64,000 bases of DNA, from positions 289,773-353,772 of IMG/VR virus record IMGVR_UViG_3300031884_000002. The stretch is one strand, 5' to 3'. Both the position numbers and the translations under genes were made by a program. This document shows positions 9,572 through 19,475 of this stretch, piece after piece. Numbering within the stretch: position 1 is the first letter of the stretch; each line of letters begins with the position of its first letter. Under the pieces are notes generated by a model, which worked only from the letters and a program-made list of their open reading frames with translations, was not told where the DNA came from and made no database searches.

Positions 9572-11185
9572 TTAACCAATTAGCCATTTTAATGACTCAA
9601 CTTCATTGTTTATACCGCCCGTTTTCATACTCCATGGATCATTTGGCATGTTTCTTTGATTATTATGATATACTGGAACGTTGTCAATTTTTGCTTGTCT
9701 AAAATGGTCAAGAGATGACCTAGTTAAATCTATTCCTTTTTGTCTAAGTAATAATGCAGTATCTCTTATCCACAGTCCAATACATAAACTCATGACTAAA
9801 TCATCGTTATAACCTTGCATTGCTTGTGCCTTGAAGTTTTTCCAAATGAAAGTTTCCAATTCTGATAAGGTTCTGGCGGAATATATTTTAATTTCTTTTT
9901 CCGACATATATCTGCGAAGGTAATCTATCATCACAGGTCGAGTTTTCATAGATGTTGAAAATCCTGCCGTTGATTTTTTTTCTTCTGCATTATATCTATT
10001 AGAATGCTGATGTTCTGGGTCAACATATTTTAAATCATCCGTCATATAAAATAAGTTTGAATATTTTCTATTTATAACTTGTTGAATAACTGCCCATCCC
10101 GTATTTTCACGTTCAATTACTAATAATGCAGTGTTGTATTCCGCCGCAAGATTTACTAACATATTTCCATATTCTGTAGTTCCTATTTGACCTTTATATT
10201 CGGCACATTGTTCTAACGATACCGCATCTAAAACATGACATGCTTGATAATCTCCACCATCTCCACGAGCTGTATCGGCTGATAAAATATAAGATTTATC
10301 ATAATTGGGTTCTTTCCAATACCACAAACATCGGTCACTTAGTCGTTTATCATATGGGTCAGTTCTAATATGTTTTTTATAATATTCTATCAATTCTAGA
10401 GCTATAACGTTATCTCCGGATGCTAACCAATCACAATCACATTCCTGACCTGCTAATGATGCTCCCAATTCCTTTGTTTGAGCGTCTCTCCATGCTTGAT
10501 TTCTCTCTGGGTGTAAATCCCACGGAAGCCTAATAGGATTAAAATTATTTCTTTTTTCACTCGCATCGCACCACATTCTATGGAAAAAGTTTCCATATCC
10601 ATTGGGAGTTGATAAAATAATAGAATTACCACCCGTTGACAATGTACTCCAAGATGAAGCCCAAATATCATCTATGTTTTCAATAAATGCGGCTTCATCA
10701 ATAATAAGAAGATATACTGCCATAGAACGACCAGCATCACCACTGGATGATACTGCTCTTATATGTGATCCATTTTTAAATTTTAATGATAATCGATTAT
10801 CTTCAATGCATGGTATTTTTAACCAAACCGGCAAATTATCATTTGCAAATCTAACTTTTGAAATTAACTCTTTCGAAACTTCTTGTTTAATCGAAATAAT
10901 AAGAATATTCTTATCTTTATTGAATATCATTACCCATAATGAATATGCCGCCACTAATGTAGAGATACCCATTTGACGAGATTTTAAAACTATATTAAAC
11001 TTATTATCGGCAAATTGTTTAAGCGTATCTTCCTGAAATGGAAATAATTCAAATTTTAAGGTTCCTTTTATTTGATGTTGTATCTTTACATAATTTTTCA
11101 TGAAATATACAGGAGACGCTGCACATTTGGCATATTCTTCCGCTACTATTTCTTGTAATGTTTTCTTTTTTGCTGGCTCACTCAT
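9572..11185 (-). CDS. gp17: Terminase large subunit, T4 gp17-like
   Basis: Walker A KSRQMGIST, Walker B LIIDEAAFI, LSTPNG, nuclease SADTARGDGGDY and GYNDDLVMSL. Confidence 0.96.
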   Translation of the reverse strand: MSEPAKKKTLQEIVAEEYAKCAASPVYFMKNYVKIQHQIKGTLKFELFPFQEDTLKQFADNKFNIVLKSRQMGISTLVAAYSLWVMIFNKDKNILIISIKQEVSKELISKVRFANDNLPVWLKIPCIEDNRLSLKFKNGSHIRAVSSSGDAGRSMAVYLLIIDEAAFIENIDDIWASSWSTLSTGGNSIILSTPNGYGNFFHRMWCDASEKRNNFNPIRLPWDLHPERNQAWRDAQTKELGASLAGQECDCDWLASGDNVIALELIEYYKKHIRTDPYDKRLSDRCLWYWKEPNYDKSYILSADTARGDGGDYQACHVLDAVSLEQCAEYKGQIGTTEYGNMLVNLAAEYNTALLVIERENTGWAVIQQVINRKYSNLFYMTDDLKYVDPEHQHSNRYNAEEKKSTAGFSTSMKTRPVMIDYLRRYMSEKEIKIYSARTLSELETFIWKNFKAQAMQGYNDDLVMSLCIGLWIRDTALLLRQKGIDLTRSSLDHFRQAKIDNVPVYHNNQRNMPNDPWSMKTGGINNEVESLKWLIG

Positions 11186-11844
11186 ATCGTATCTAATTTA
11201 TATTGTTTACATAACTTAGCATACTCTTTTTTATTTTCTGCTTTTATTTTTGTGGCTTCCTTAATAAGTTTCAATACTTTTTTTAAATCCGATTTAGAAT
11301 CGGCTAATATTTTATCTTTATTAGTATTTACCCATACCGCATCGTAACCAACTCCATCTTCACAGGGAAGTTTTACATCTCCATTGTCATTAGTAAAATA
11401 TTCAACTATCTCTTTTAATTTTTCTTTGCTATCTTTCAAATCTCCAAGTGCATAAGATGATAATTTATATTTTTCATATACATCCCATGCCCCTACAATT
11501 CTCAATTTGGTTTCATAATCTATCAAACAATTTTCACATAATCCGGTTCGATTGAAAAAATATTCATCTCGTTTAGTTCCCCATTTAATGTTTAATTTAC
11601 ATTTACAGATTTTATTTCCAATGGCTTCTCTAATTATGTCTCCTTGGGTCTTGGTTAATTTAACTATTTTGCCATTTTCTTTTCTATATTTAATGTCGTT
11701 ATGGTCTATCCATTCTTCCCCTTCTTTTCTAAACTTATCTTTTTCTGCTATGTGATTAGATACTTTAATCTCTGTCTTTTCTCCTTTTTGCCATTTTTTA
11801 ATGACTTCGATGTTACCCATTGATTTATGTAATTTTATAGCCAT
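11182..11844 (-). CDS. Conserved hypothetical protein upstream of terminase
   Basis: 220-aa ORF with CKCK...CENC motifs, coupled to terminase by an ATGA overlap. Confidence 0.75.
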   Translation of the reverse strand: MAIKLHKSMGNIEVIKKWQKGEKTEIKVSNHIAEKDKFRKEGEEWIDHNDIKYRKENGKIVKLTKTQGDIIREAIGNKICKCKLNIKWGTKRDEYFFNRTGLCENCLIDYETKLRIVGAWDVYEKYKLSSYALGDLKDSKEKLKEIVEYFTNDNGDVKLPCEDGVGYDAVWVNTNKDKILADSKSDLKKVLKLIKEATKIKAENKKEYAKLCKQYKLDTI

Positions 11845-11847
11845 AAC

Positions 11848-12018
11848 TTATTTTTTGATTTTTAATTTTTCCCACTGTTTAAGGTTATTTGATTTCCAAA
11901 GAAGATATTCTTTTTTAAGATGGAAATAACATGATTCTGGAACCATAATTGAAAAATACCGCCAGCCATCGCTTTCTTTTAATTTTCTATATTTTGATTG
12001 GTATTCTTTATTTGCCAT
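11848..12018 (-). CDS. Small hypothetical protein (56 aa, below the ORF-track cutoff)
   Basis: MANKEYQSKYRKLKESDGWRYFSIMVPES...; TATTTATA motif 4 nt upstream of the ATG. Confidence 0.6.
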   Translation of the reverse strand: MANKEYQSKYRKLKESDGWRYFSIMVPESCYFHLKKEYLLWKSNNLKQWEKLKIKK

Positions 12019-12090
12019 CTCTTATAAATAGCGTTAAAAACACTAAATAACACTAAAATAAACTAATTATGTTAATATAAGATAATAATA

Positions 12091-12098
12091 TATTTATA
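12091..12098 (+). promoter_or_regulatory. TATTTATA upstream motif (plus-strand PRTase gene)
   Basis: The motif flips orientation with the gene; 4 nt before the ATG. Confidence 0.6.
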
Positions 12099-12102
12099 TA
12101 AT

Positions 12103-12978
12103 ATGATTAGTTTAAAACAATTATTAGAAGGAATATCGTATCTATCAAATACTAATAAACTGAATTTTAGTTTTGATAGTGATTTTCCAGCACCCGACGA
12201 TAATTTAATATACTTGAAACCAAATAGAAGAAATTCTAGGTTATATAATATAAAAGGATTTAAAATTTTTTATGGATATTATTTCAATCGAAATTTTACT
12301 CCTAATAAACCTTCGTATTTTAAACCAAATAATACACAATCTATAAATGATGCAAGAACAACAATAAAACACGTTGATATTAAAAAAATATATATGTTTA
12401 ATGGGATGGATTCTGCTGGAAATTATACATGGACTAGGGATGAATCTCCAATTATAAAAATGATAGATTTAGCAATTGAACGATTTTCTGAATTGGTAGA
12501 TTTAAACTCATTTACATCCATCATATCGGCTCCTTCTAGTTCTCGGTTGAATGATTTAATATTAGATAGATTTCAAATGAGTGTTGGAACCCATATAATT
12601 ACAAAAAATGCACTTCAAAAAAATGAAATAAATCAAATTGCATATTTTATGGATGAATATAATAAATTAAGCGATGACGGTAAGCGAAAATTTCACTCTG
12701 TAAAAAACGGAATTGTTAAAAAAACAGGAACATTTGAAATGAAACACGTCCCTCCTACTATGCGAAGTTTATTCCATAATTTTATATCATTGAAACAAAA
12801 TAATCAAAAAGAATCTATTAAAATAGCAAATAAAATATCAAATGGAAAAGTTTTAATAATAGACGATACTATAGGAACTGGTGGAACATTTTTAGAAATA
12901 GTTAGAGAAATAAAACCATTAAAACCAAAAGAAATATATTTATTTGGACTTTTGCAAGATTATTATTATAGTGTATAA
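12103..12978 (+). CDS. Phosphoribosyltransferase-fold protein
   Basis: PRPP-binding motif VLIIDDTIGTGGTF near the C-terminus. Confidence 0.75.
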   Translation: MISLKQLLEGISYLSNTNKLNFSFDSDFPAPDDNLIYLKPNRRNSRLYNIKGFKIFYGYYFNRNFTPNKPSYFKPNNTQSINDARTTIKHVDIKKIYMFNGMDSAGNYTWTRDESPIIKMIDLAIERFSELVDLNSFTSIISAPSSSRLNDLILDRFQMSVGTHIITKNALQKNEINQIAYFMDEYNKLSDDGKRKFHSVKNGIVKKTGTFEMKHVPPTMRSLFHNFISLKQNNQKESIKIANKISNGKVLIIDDTIGTGGTFLEIVREIKPLKPKEIYLFGLLQDYYYSV

Positions 12979-12980
12979 AA

Positions 12981-15900
12981 TTATATATGTTTAACTTGAG
13001 AGAATCCTCCGATTCGTTTTACCTCTATATTATTTTCTATAATATCTTTGATTTCCGATTGATGGCTAATGATAAAAATACCAGAAAACTTTGATTTTAA
13101 CATAGAAAATAAAGTATCCATAGATAATAAGTTTTCACTATCAAGGACTCCAAATCCCTCATCACACAGAAGAACGTCAGTTCTAACTAAATTGGAAGCC
13201 ATTATAAGACCAACTCTTATAGCAAACTCCATTTCAAACCTTTCTGCTCCAGAACACGTTTCAATTACATTCTTTCTATCATCGTAACAGATATATGGAA
13301 TTATATCTGTTCCGGTATCCTCTAATTTCAATGTAAAATCAGTAATTTGAGTGAGTATATCATTTACTTCCTTTTCAATGGTAGGAATGGCGTTGCATAT
13401 AATACGATAGGGAATTCCATCTCGTCCGATTGCTTCTATATATTTTTCATAATCATCGAATTGTGCTTCTTTTTCTTTAATATTCTTAATTGTAGTTTTT
13501 AGATTTGATATGGTATTTTTAAATACTTCTGCTTTACCGTATATCTCGGTCATTTTACTATTTTGTTTATTTATAGAAGATTCAATATTATTTGCTTCGG
13601 TTTTATAAGTTGATAATGTCTTATTGATTGTATTATTATTTTCAACCGAGGTTAGATTTCTATTATATATATCTATTTTCAAACTGGTCGAAGTTAAGTT
13701 TTCTTTGTTTTTTGTCAATACATTGTTTTTATTTAGAATTGAAATTGATAATGACTGAGATATATCTTTTAAAACTCCTTGTTTACTTAATAATTTGGTA
13801 TATAATTCATATTTTGAAACCACCCATTTAATATTTTCAAACTCCGATTCTAATTTTTCAAGATTTTCTACTAATTCTTTTGCTATTATTTTATCTTGTT
13901 TTAATTGTTCTTTACAACTGGTAGCATCTTTTACAAACGCATTATCATTACAGAACTTACAATTTGGGTCGTATTTGTGATTTTTAAGTTTATCTACTTT
14001 GTCTAATTTTCCTTTAATTTCTATTTTTTTATCGTTCATTTTCTTTTTTGCCGCAGAAATTTTATCAACGATTGATTTATATTTTTTATGATTCTCTATT
14101 AAATCTAATTTTTCAATTTTAGACACGCTTTTTTCTACCATCCTAATATAACGCTCATATCTTGATGATTTATGTTTTAGAAATGAAATATCCGATGTTA
14201 ATTGATTAATAGCTGATTCCAATTTTGATTTTTCGATTGTTAGTGAACTTATATCAGTCGGAATATTAAAATCCAATTTAACCAATTTTGATGCCTCTTC
14301 CTGTATTTTATTATTGATATTATCTAATTCTAATTTTGATGATTTTGTTTCGTCTATTAGTTTATTGTATAATTCATTGGCATAAGCTAATGCATTTTCA
14401 TTTTGAAGTAGGTCAGTTTGATAATCCTTTCCTTTGTGTAATTTTAATTCAATGTTTAATTCTTTCCTATTTTCAGTTGCCACACCGCATAATTTATCAA
14501 ATACATCAATTCCTATAAACTTTACTAACATATCTTTCCGGTCACTATTCCCCATATCTATGAATGCTAAATTATTTTTTCCAAATTGAAAATAAGCAGA
14601 TGTTAAAATAAAATCATCAAATGTTCCAATATGATTTCGTATAATTTCATTTGTATCACTTCTTTCCGTTCCATTTAATTCTATTTTTTCATCATTTTCC
14701 AATTTCCAGAAATAAACATCCACTTTAACTGCTCCTGTCCTTCCGGTGGTTCCAATTCGCTCTATAAAATATCGGATTCCATCAATTTCAATTTCTAATT
14801 TGCATTTAAATGATGTTTTTTGATTATTTATAATATGATTTCCCTTGGATACTCTTGAAGTTTTATCAAATAGTGTAAATAATAAAATCTCGAAAATAGA
14901 ACTTTTACCGATTTTATTTTTGCCTAATATTCCATATATTCCATTTATATTTTCAAAATTGATACTATTATCCTCTCCATAAGAAAACATGTTTTCCCAT
15001 TCTAATTTTATGAGTTTGTATCTGGATGTTTTAGTATGGTCCAAGATTCCGATTTCATTATTAATTTTGCGATTTATATATAAGACACTATCGAGTTTAG
15101 TGACCGATATATCAGGTATTATTTCTTTTAAGTAATCTTCAATTAACTTATTTTGATATTCGACATTGAATATATTTTTAATATTTATATCAGACACTTG
15201 TTTATTTGTAGTATCTATATCGGAAGTTTCTCTGATGTATGAAGTTTCGACTATATTGGATTTTTCTTTTAATTTTGATATTATAGATTTTACTTCGGAT
15301 GGAATAGTTTCCTTACATATAGTTCTAAGTCTAACGTTTTTTGGAAGTTTACTAATATCAGTTACTAAATTTCCATGATTTATTTCAATAGTAAAAAATC
15401 CATAGTCGTTTGGAATTGTATTATGAATATACGTATTAGTTTCTAAATCCCATAATGAATATCCTTTATTACTTGTTTCTCCGTGATTTTGTTGAATTAA
15501 ACTACCAGCATATCTTACTGTTGGTTTATCATTATTAGAATCATATATTTGTAAATCTTGAGATTTATGAATATCTCCCATTAGAATTAAATGATGATTA
15601 TCAAACAATGGAAGCATTATATTTGGATTATTTAATATGTGTCCCGTATCGGAAATAGATTGGTCGATGGCACCATGAAATAATCCTATGATTCTTTTAT
15701 ATTTGTTTTTATAAACTGACGGAATATTTTTTCCTAACATGTATTTATCAGGAGAGTCAAACACCGACATATGATTAAATAATATGTCGGCATATCCATA
15801 TATACCAGAATCTTTTAAATAATATATATTATCATTATTTAACATGCTTATGATAGGAGTCAACGCATCCAATCTGTTTTTGTTTTGAACTAAACCGTCG

Positions 15901-16178
15901 TGATTTCCTGGAATAATAAGGGTTGGAAATATATCAGAACATCCTATAAATAACTCTTTAACTAATTCCAATCCTTCCGGTTCCATTGAAGTTTTTTGAT
16001 GAAATATATCTCCACATATTACAATTATACTATTATCTACAGGGAGTCCTTTAATCATCTCGAAAAAATTACTAAATACGTGTCTATATTCTTCTATACG
16101 TGAGTTATTTCTACAATGGATATCCGCCATATGGACGATGTATTTAATATCGTGTTGATTTGTTTTTAATATATTCAT
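12981..16178 (-). CDS. Fused SbcD/Mre11 nuclease and SbcC/Rad50 ATPase (gp47-gp46-like)
   Basis: N-terminal ADIH, GDIFH, GNHD and GDIH phosphoesterase motifs; Walker A GKNKIGKSS; CKFC hook; signature CSGAE; Walker B LLCDEGFGVLD; ISH. Confidence 0.92.
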   Translation of the reverse strand: MNILKTNQHDIKYIVHMADIHCRNNSRIEEYRHVFSNFFEMIKGLPVDNSIIVICGDIFHQKTSMEPEGLELVKELFIGCSDIFPTLIIPGNHDGLVQNKNRLDALTPIISMLNNDNIYYLKDSGIYGYADILFNHMSVFDSPDKYMLGKNIPSVYKNKYKRIIGLFHGAIDQSISDTGHILNNPNIMLPLFDNHHLILMGDIHKSQDLQIYDSNNDKPTVRYAGSLIQQNHGETSNKGYSLWDLETNTYIHNTIPNDYGFFTIEINHGNLVTDISKLPKNVRLRTICKETIPSEVKSIISKLKEKSNIVETSYIRETSDIDTTNKQVSDINIKNIFNVEYQNKLIEDYLKEIIPDISVTKLDSVLYINRKINNEIGILDHTKTSRYKLIKLEWENMFSYGEDNSINFENINGIYGILGKNKIGKSSIFEILLFTLFDKTSRVSKGNHIINNQKTSFKCKLEIEIDGIRYFIERIGTTGRTGAVKVDVYFWKLENDEKIELNGTERSDTNEIIRNHIGTFDDFILTSAYFQFGKNNLAFIDMGNSDRKDMLVKFIGIDVFDKLCGVATENRKELNIELKLHKGKDYQTDLLQNENALAYANELYNKLIDETKSSKLELDNINNKIQEEASKLVKLDFNIPTDISSLTIEKSKLESAINQLTSDISFLKHKSSRYERYIRMVEKSVSKIEKLDLIENHKKYKSIVDKISAAKKKMNDKKIEIKGKLDKVDKLKNHKYDPNCKFCNDNAFVKDATSCKEQLKQDKIIAKELVENLEKLESEFENIKWVVSKYELYTKLLSKQGVLKDISQSLSISILNKNNVLTKNKENLTSTSLKIDIYNRNLTSVENNNTINKTLSTYKTEANNIESSINKQNSKMTEIYGKAEVFKNTISNLKTTIKNIKEKEAQFDDYEKYIEAIGRDGIPYRIICNAIPTIEKEVNDILTQITDFTLKLEDTGTDIIPYICYDDRKNVIETCSGAERFEMEFAIRVGLIMASNLVRTDVLLCDEGFGVLDSENLLSMDTLFSMLKSKFSGIFIISHQSEIKDIIENNIEVKRIGGFSQVKHI

Positions 16179-16492
16179 AAATTAAGCAGTATAATTCCTA
16201 TAATAGACTAAATAATTCCTATAAATTGTAAGTTGGTTATATGTTCCTTGAAAATTACCAATCCTAAAAATATAGTGGATAATGATGCTAAAATATTCCA
16301 CATACTTCCAGTAGTAGATAGATTTTTTCCATAGTAAATTGCTGGCAACCAACCTATAGTTCCTATTAAATATGATATACATACTATAATTGCTAATTTT
16401 ATATTAGGAGATATAGAAAATAATTTAGAATAATATTCTCCTATTATAAAAAAAATGGATGATATTATCAAATATAATATTGGTTGTCTCAT
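16175..16492 (-). CDS. SMR/DMT-family small membrane protein with an in-frame TAG at 16208-16210
   Basis: Four hydrophobic segments and an IGEYYSK helix-1 Glu. The frame continues SIIGIILLNL past the TAG to a TGA overlapping the next ATG. Confidence 0.65.
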
Positions 16493-17439
16493 AATTTACT
16501 TAATTTATACAAAAGTCCTTGTTCCCAGTTATATGATACAGAGTTTCTAATCAATTCACTTACTTTTTGAAATCCTATTTGAGATGGGTCTTTCCCATTC
16601 AATCTTACCCAATGAACGTTTATTCCATATCTTATTAATTTTTCACAATTTTTAACGGCATCATCCATAGCATCATTATCCAAAATTATATTAACTCTTT
16701 TAACTCCTTTGAATATAAGTTTTTCTTGTAATTTTTTTGATGGATATTTACCAAATAATGGTATTGCGTTTTTCCGGACGGCAAATGCATCAAATACTCC
16801 TTCTACCAGATTAACATCTTCATTGAAGTTTATCATATTTTCAAATCCAATAATATTCATATCTCGATTTGGTTTTCGATATCTATAAACATCATTGTCA
16901 TAATATTGACGACCTATAAAAAAATTTAACTCATTATTAGAATCGTATGATGGAATTATAATATGATTCTGATATTCACCATCTTCACAATAACCTAAAT
17001 TATAACGTATAATATCATCTATTAATACGTTTCTTTTTTTGAGATATTTAATAGCATTTTTATATTCTTGTGTGTTGGTTGGACGTGACAATGAAATAAA
17101 TCCAGATGGAAGAGACAATTTTTCTTCTATTTTTTCAATGATTCCGGATTTTCTATAAGTTCTTATTTCTCCCGATAACTTGAATAATTTTTCTCTTAGA
17201 TAAGATGGAGAATTTAATTTTCTAAGCAACGACCCTAATGATTTACTTGGAACATTACATCTCCAACAATTACTATACCCAATATGCTCTCCTTCAATAC
17301 AAACTTCGAACTTTTTAGACCCATCATTACGTTTACAAAACGGACAATTAAACAATAATTGAGTATCGGCTCTTCTGAGCCTTCCGGTCTGTTTAAACGC
17401 CTCGTTTAATATTGAAATTATGTCGGACTTGATTAGCAT
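16489..17439 (-). CDS. DNA primase (Zn finger + TOPRIM)
   Basis: CPFC...CWRC Zn finger, FFIGR, and TOPRIM motifs LVEGVFDA and ILDNDA. Confidence 0.9.
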   Translation of the reverse strand: MLIKSDIISILNEAFKQTGRLRRADTQLLFNCPFCKRNDGSKKFEVCIEGEHIGYSNCWRCNVPSKSLGSLLRKLNSPSYLREKLFKLSGEIRTYRKSGIIEKIEEKLSLPSGFISLSRPTNTQEYKNAIKYLKKRNVLIDDIIRYNLGYCEDGEYQNHIIIPSYDSNNELNFFIGRQYYDNDVYRYRKPNRDMNIIGFENMINFNEDVNLVEGVFDAFAVRKNAIPLFGKYPSKKLQEKLIFKGVKRVNIILDNDAMDDAVKNCEKLIRYGINVHWVRLNGKDPSQIGFQKVSELIRNSVSYNWEQGLLYKLSKL

Positions 17440-17441
17440 CC

Positions 17442-17630
17442 TTACTTGGAAGCTTTTTTAATCATTTCAACTGCCCATTTAGTTGGTGATTTTTCCATTT
17501 TTTTAAATGGAGAATTGGGCAAATCTTTAATTCTGAATTTGGGATGCATATACATAGAACTCACGGTAAGCCCATTTTCCAACGTAATCTCAATTTTAAT
17601 ATTTTTCACTTTAGTATTCATACTTTTCAT
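17442..17630 (-). CDS. Hypothetical protein
   Basis: 62-aa ORF with a sigma70-like promoter upstream. Confidence 0.55.
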   Translation of the reverse strand: MKSMNTKVKNIKIEITLENGLTVSSMYMHPKFRIKDLPNSPFKKMEKSPTKWAVEMIKKASK

Positions 17631-17665
17631 AGAATACCAGAAATCAAGTCACTTCTCAACTTTTT

Positions 17666-18064
17666 TTATTTGGCTCTATTAACTAATCTACATCCCACAT
17701 ATTTATTATAGTATTCTTTATCAAAAATAGCATTACTATCTATAATATGTTTTACCTCGGCATAATTCAATGTTAATTTTGAATCGCACCATTGTATAAT
17801 TTCAAACTTAAAATTATCTTTTCCTAATTTAGATATATCTTCCTGTAACGAAACACACGAACCACAATAGGTTTTCCAATCACTTTCCGTTGTTCCTCTT
17901 CTTTTATTTTTATTTCCTTTTAATGCCTTTTTACAGGTTTTAAATATAATAAGTTTTCTACCTATATATTTTTTGTTATTGGATTTATTAGTTATTAAAT
18001 ATATAAATCCAATACTACCATCTGGAATATTTCCTTCAAATTGCCAATGTCCATTATCATTCAT
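17666..18064 (-). CDS. GIY-YIG endonuclease (T4 EndoII/Seg-like)
   Basis: GFIYLITNKSNNKKYIGRK motif, conserved Glu, and YYN near the C-terminus. Confidence 0.85.
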   Translation of the reverse strand: MNDNGHWQFEGNIPDGSIGFIYLITNKSNNKKYIGRKLIIFKTCKKALKGNKNKRRGTTESDWKTYCGSCVSLQEDISKLGKDNFKFEIIQWCDSKLTLNYAEVKHIIDSNAIFDKEYYNKYVGCRLVNRAK

Positions 18065-18086
18065 AGTATATAAATAGCAAACCCTC

Positions 18087-18362
18087 TCAATTAGATGAGA
18101 GGGCTGCTAAATATAACTCTTTAGGATTGTTTATTTGATTTTTTTTAAACGAACAGCCTCCAGTATATGGGAATGTTATATATTCAGATGTAAATACATC
18201 TTTCATATTTAAGTTTTTTAATCCACGATAATAGTCGGGCCAAGTATTATCAATCAAATATTCACTATTTTCATATTTAACTGCTTGTTCTTCTAACCAA
18301 GTATTCAATGTTTCAATATCCATATATTTAGAATGTTGATAATGCTGATAATGAACTTCCAC
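18087..18362 (-). CDS. Hypothetical protein (true start may be MDIETL)
   Basis: ORF track; operon context. Confidence 0.5.
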   Translation of the reverse strand: MEVHYQHYQHSKYMDIETLNTWLEEQAVKYENSEYLIDNTWPDYYRGLKNLNMKDVFTSEYITFPYTGGCSFKKNQINNPKELYLAALSSN

Positions 18363-19014
18363 TTATGGAACCAACTGCCCACGAAGAATTGGATACATCA
18401 AGTTGATGAGATGGATTTTTAATTCCCACTCCAATATTTACATTGGAATAACTTGAAATTCCCCCCCAACTTGAGGTTCCCCAAGTTGAACCTGTTATTG
18501 CAAAAGATGCATTTGAATGTGAAGAATATGATGAACTTAAGGCATATGAATTTGCATATCCCGTATTAGAATTAAGAAATGATTCTCTCCATTCCCATTT
18601 ATTACGAACATATTGGTCGAACTCTTTAGTATCCAATTCAATTTCTTTATCAACGGATAATTCCAATCTACGAATGGTTCCGATATAATCATCACCGTGA
18701 TCTTCGGGATACTTATTAGACATATACAAATATCCCCTCTTCTCTCTTTTTTCAACTAATTCCAATTCTTTTTTAACTTGTCCTTTGACTGCTGCTTTAT
18801 TTTCCCTCAACTGTTTTCTCATCTTCTTAATTGTTGCTTTATGATTTTTTTCTAATTCTGATAATTTATCCTTTTCATATTTCTTAAGAAAATTAGAAGC
18901 ATCATTCCAATAGCCTTCGATAGCATCATTGAGTATTTTATCGTGCTTTTGTTTGTTCTCCTTCACTATTTGAAGGACTTCTGGTGTTTTTACTTTGATT
19001 TGATACAGTGACAT
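18328..19014 (-). CDS. Hypothetical protein with a coiled-coil N-terminus and Ser-rich tail
   Basis: 228-aa ORF. Confidence 0.75.
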   Translation of the reverse strand: MSLYQIKVKTPEVLQIVKENKQKHDKILNDAIEGYWNDASNFLKKYEKDKLSELEKNHKATIKKMRKQLRENKAAVKGQVKKELELVEKREKRGYLYMSNKYPEDHGDDYIGTIRRLELSVDKEIELDTKEFDQYVRNKWEWRESFLNSNTGYANSYALSSSYSSHSNASFAITGSTWGTSSWGGISSYSNVNIGVGIKNPSHQLDVSNSSWAVGSISGSSLSALSTF

Positions 19015-19128
19015 AACTTTTTGACTTTCTTTTTATTGTTTTTACGGCAAATGTTGTCATTGCCGACATTATATACATATATGAAAAATATTAAAAAATA
19101 ACAAAATAAATGAATTATTTTTATAATG

Positions 19129-19153
19129 AAAAAACTCTCCATTCGGAGAGTTT
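19129..19153 (-). terminator. Intrinsic terminator
   Basis: AAACTCTCC-GAAT-GGAGAGTTT followed by a T run on the minus strand. Confidence 0.75.
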
Positions 19154-19173
19154 AATCGAAAATTATTTAATTA

Positions 19174-19440
19174 TTATTTATACCTAGTTGTATTTATGTT
19201 ATTAGCATAGCGGGAGATTTCTTTATAATTTCCTCCATCAGTTACTCCTTCAAAATTACTCTGTCCTAATGTTTCTTTAACTTGAAACTGTGGATTTGTA
19301 TCATATAATTTTGATTGTAATGATGCCGGTGCAGTAGCAGTTCCAGCCGTTTTTGCATTAAATGCACCTCCTTCACTTTGCTGGGCATATCGAGTAGCTA
19401 GGTTAATAGTGAGGCTTGTTCTTTGTGTTTCGTTGGGCAT
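19174..19440 (-). CDS. Hypothetical (probable virion) protein
   Basis: 88-aa ORF at the end of the structural module with a TATTTATA motif upstream. Confidence 0.7.
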   Translation of the reverse strand: MPNETQRTSLTINLATRYAQQSEGGAFNAKTAGTATAPASLQSKLYDTNPQFQVKETLGQSNFEGVTDGGNYKEISRYANNINTTRYK

Positions 19441-19475
19441 AATGTTATATTTTTACTGTTATATATAAATATAAA

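Noticed and set aside
12036-12070. Short direct repeats AACACTAAA between the divergent genes
   Set aside because: Low-complexity AT-rich sequence with only two good copies; an operator role is unsupported.
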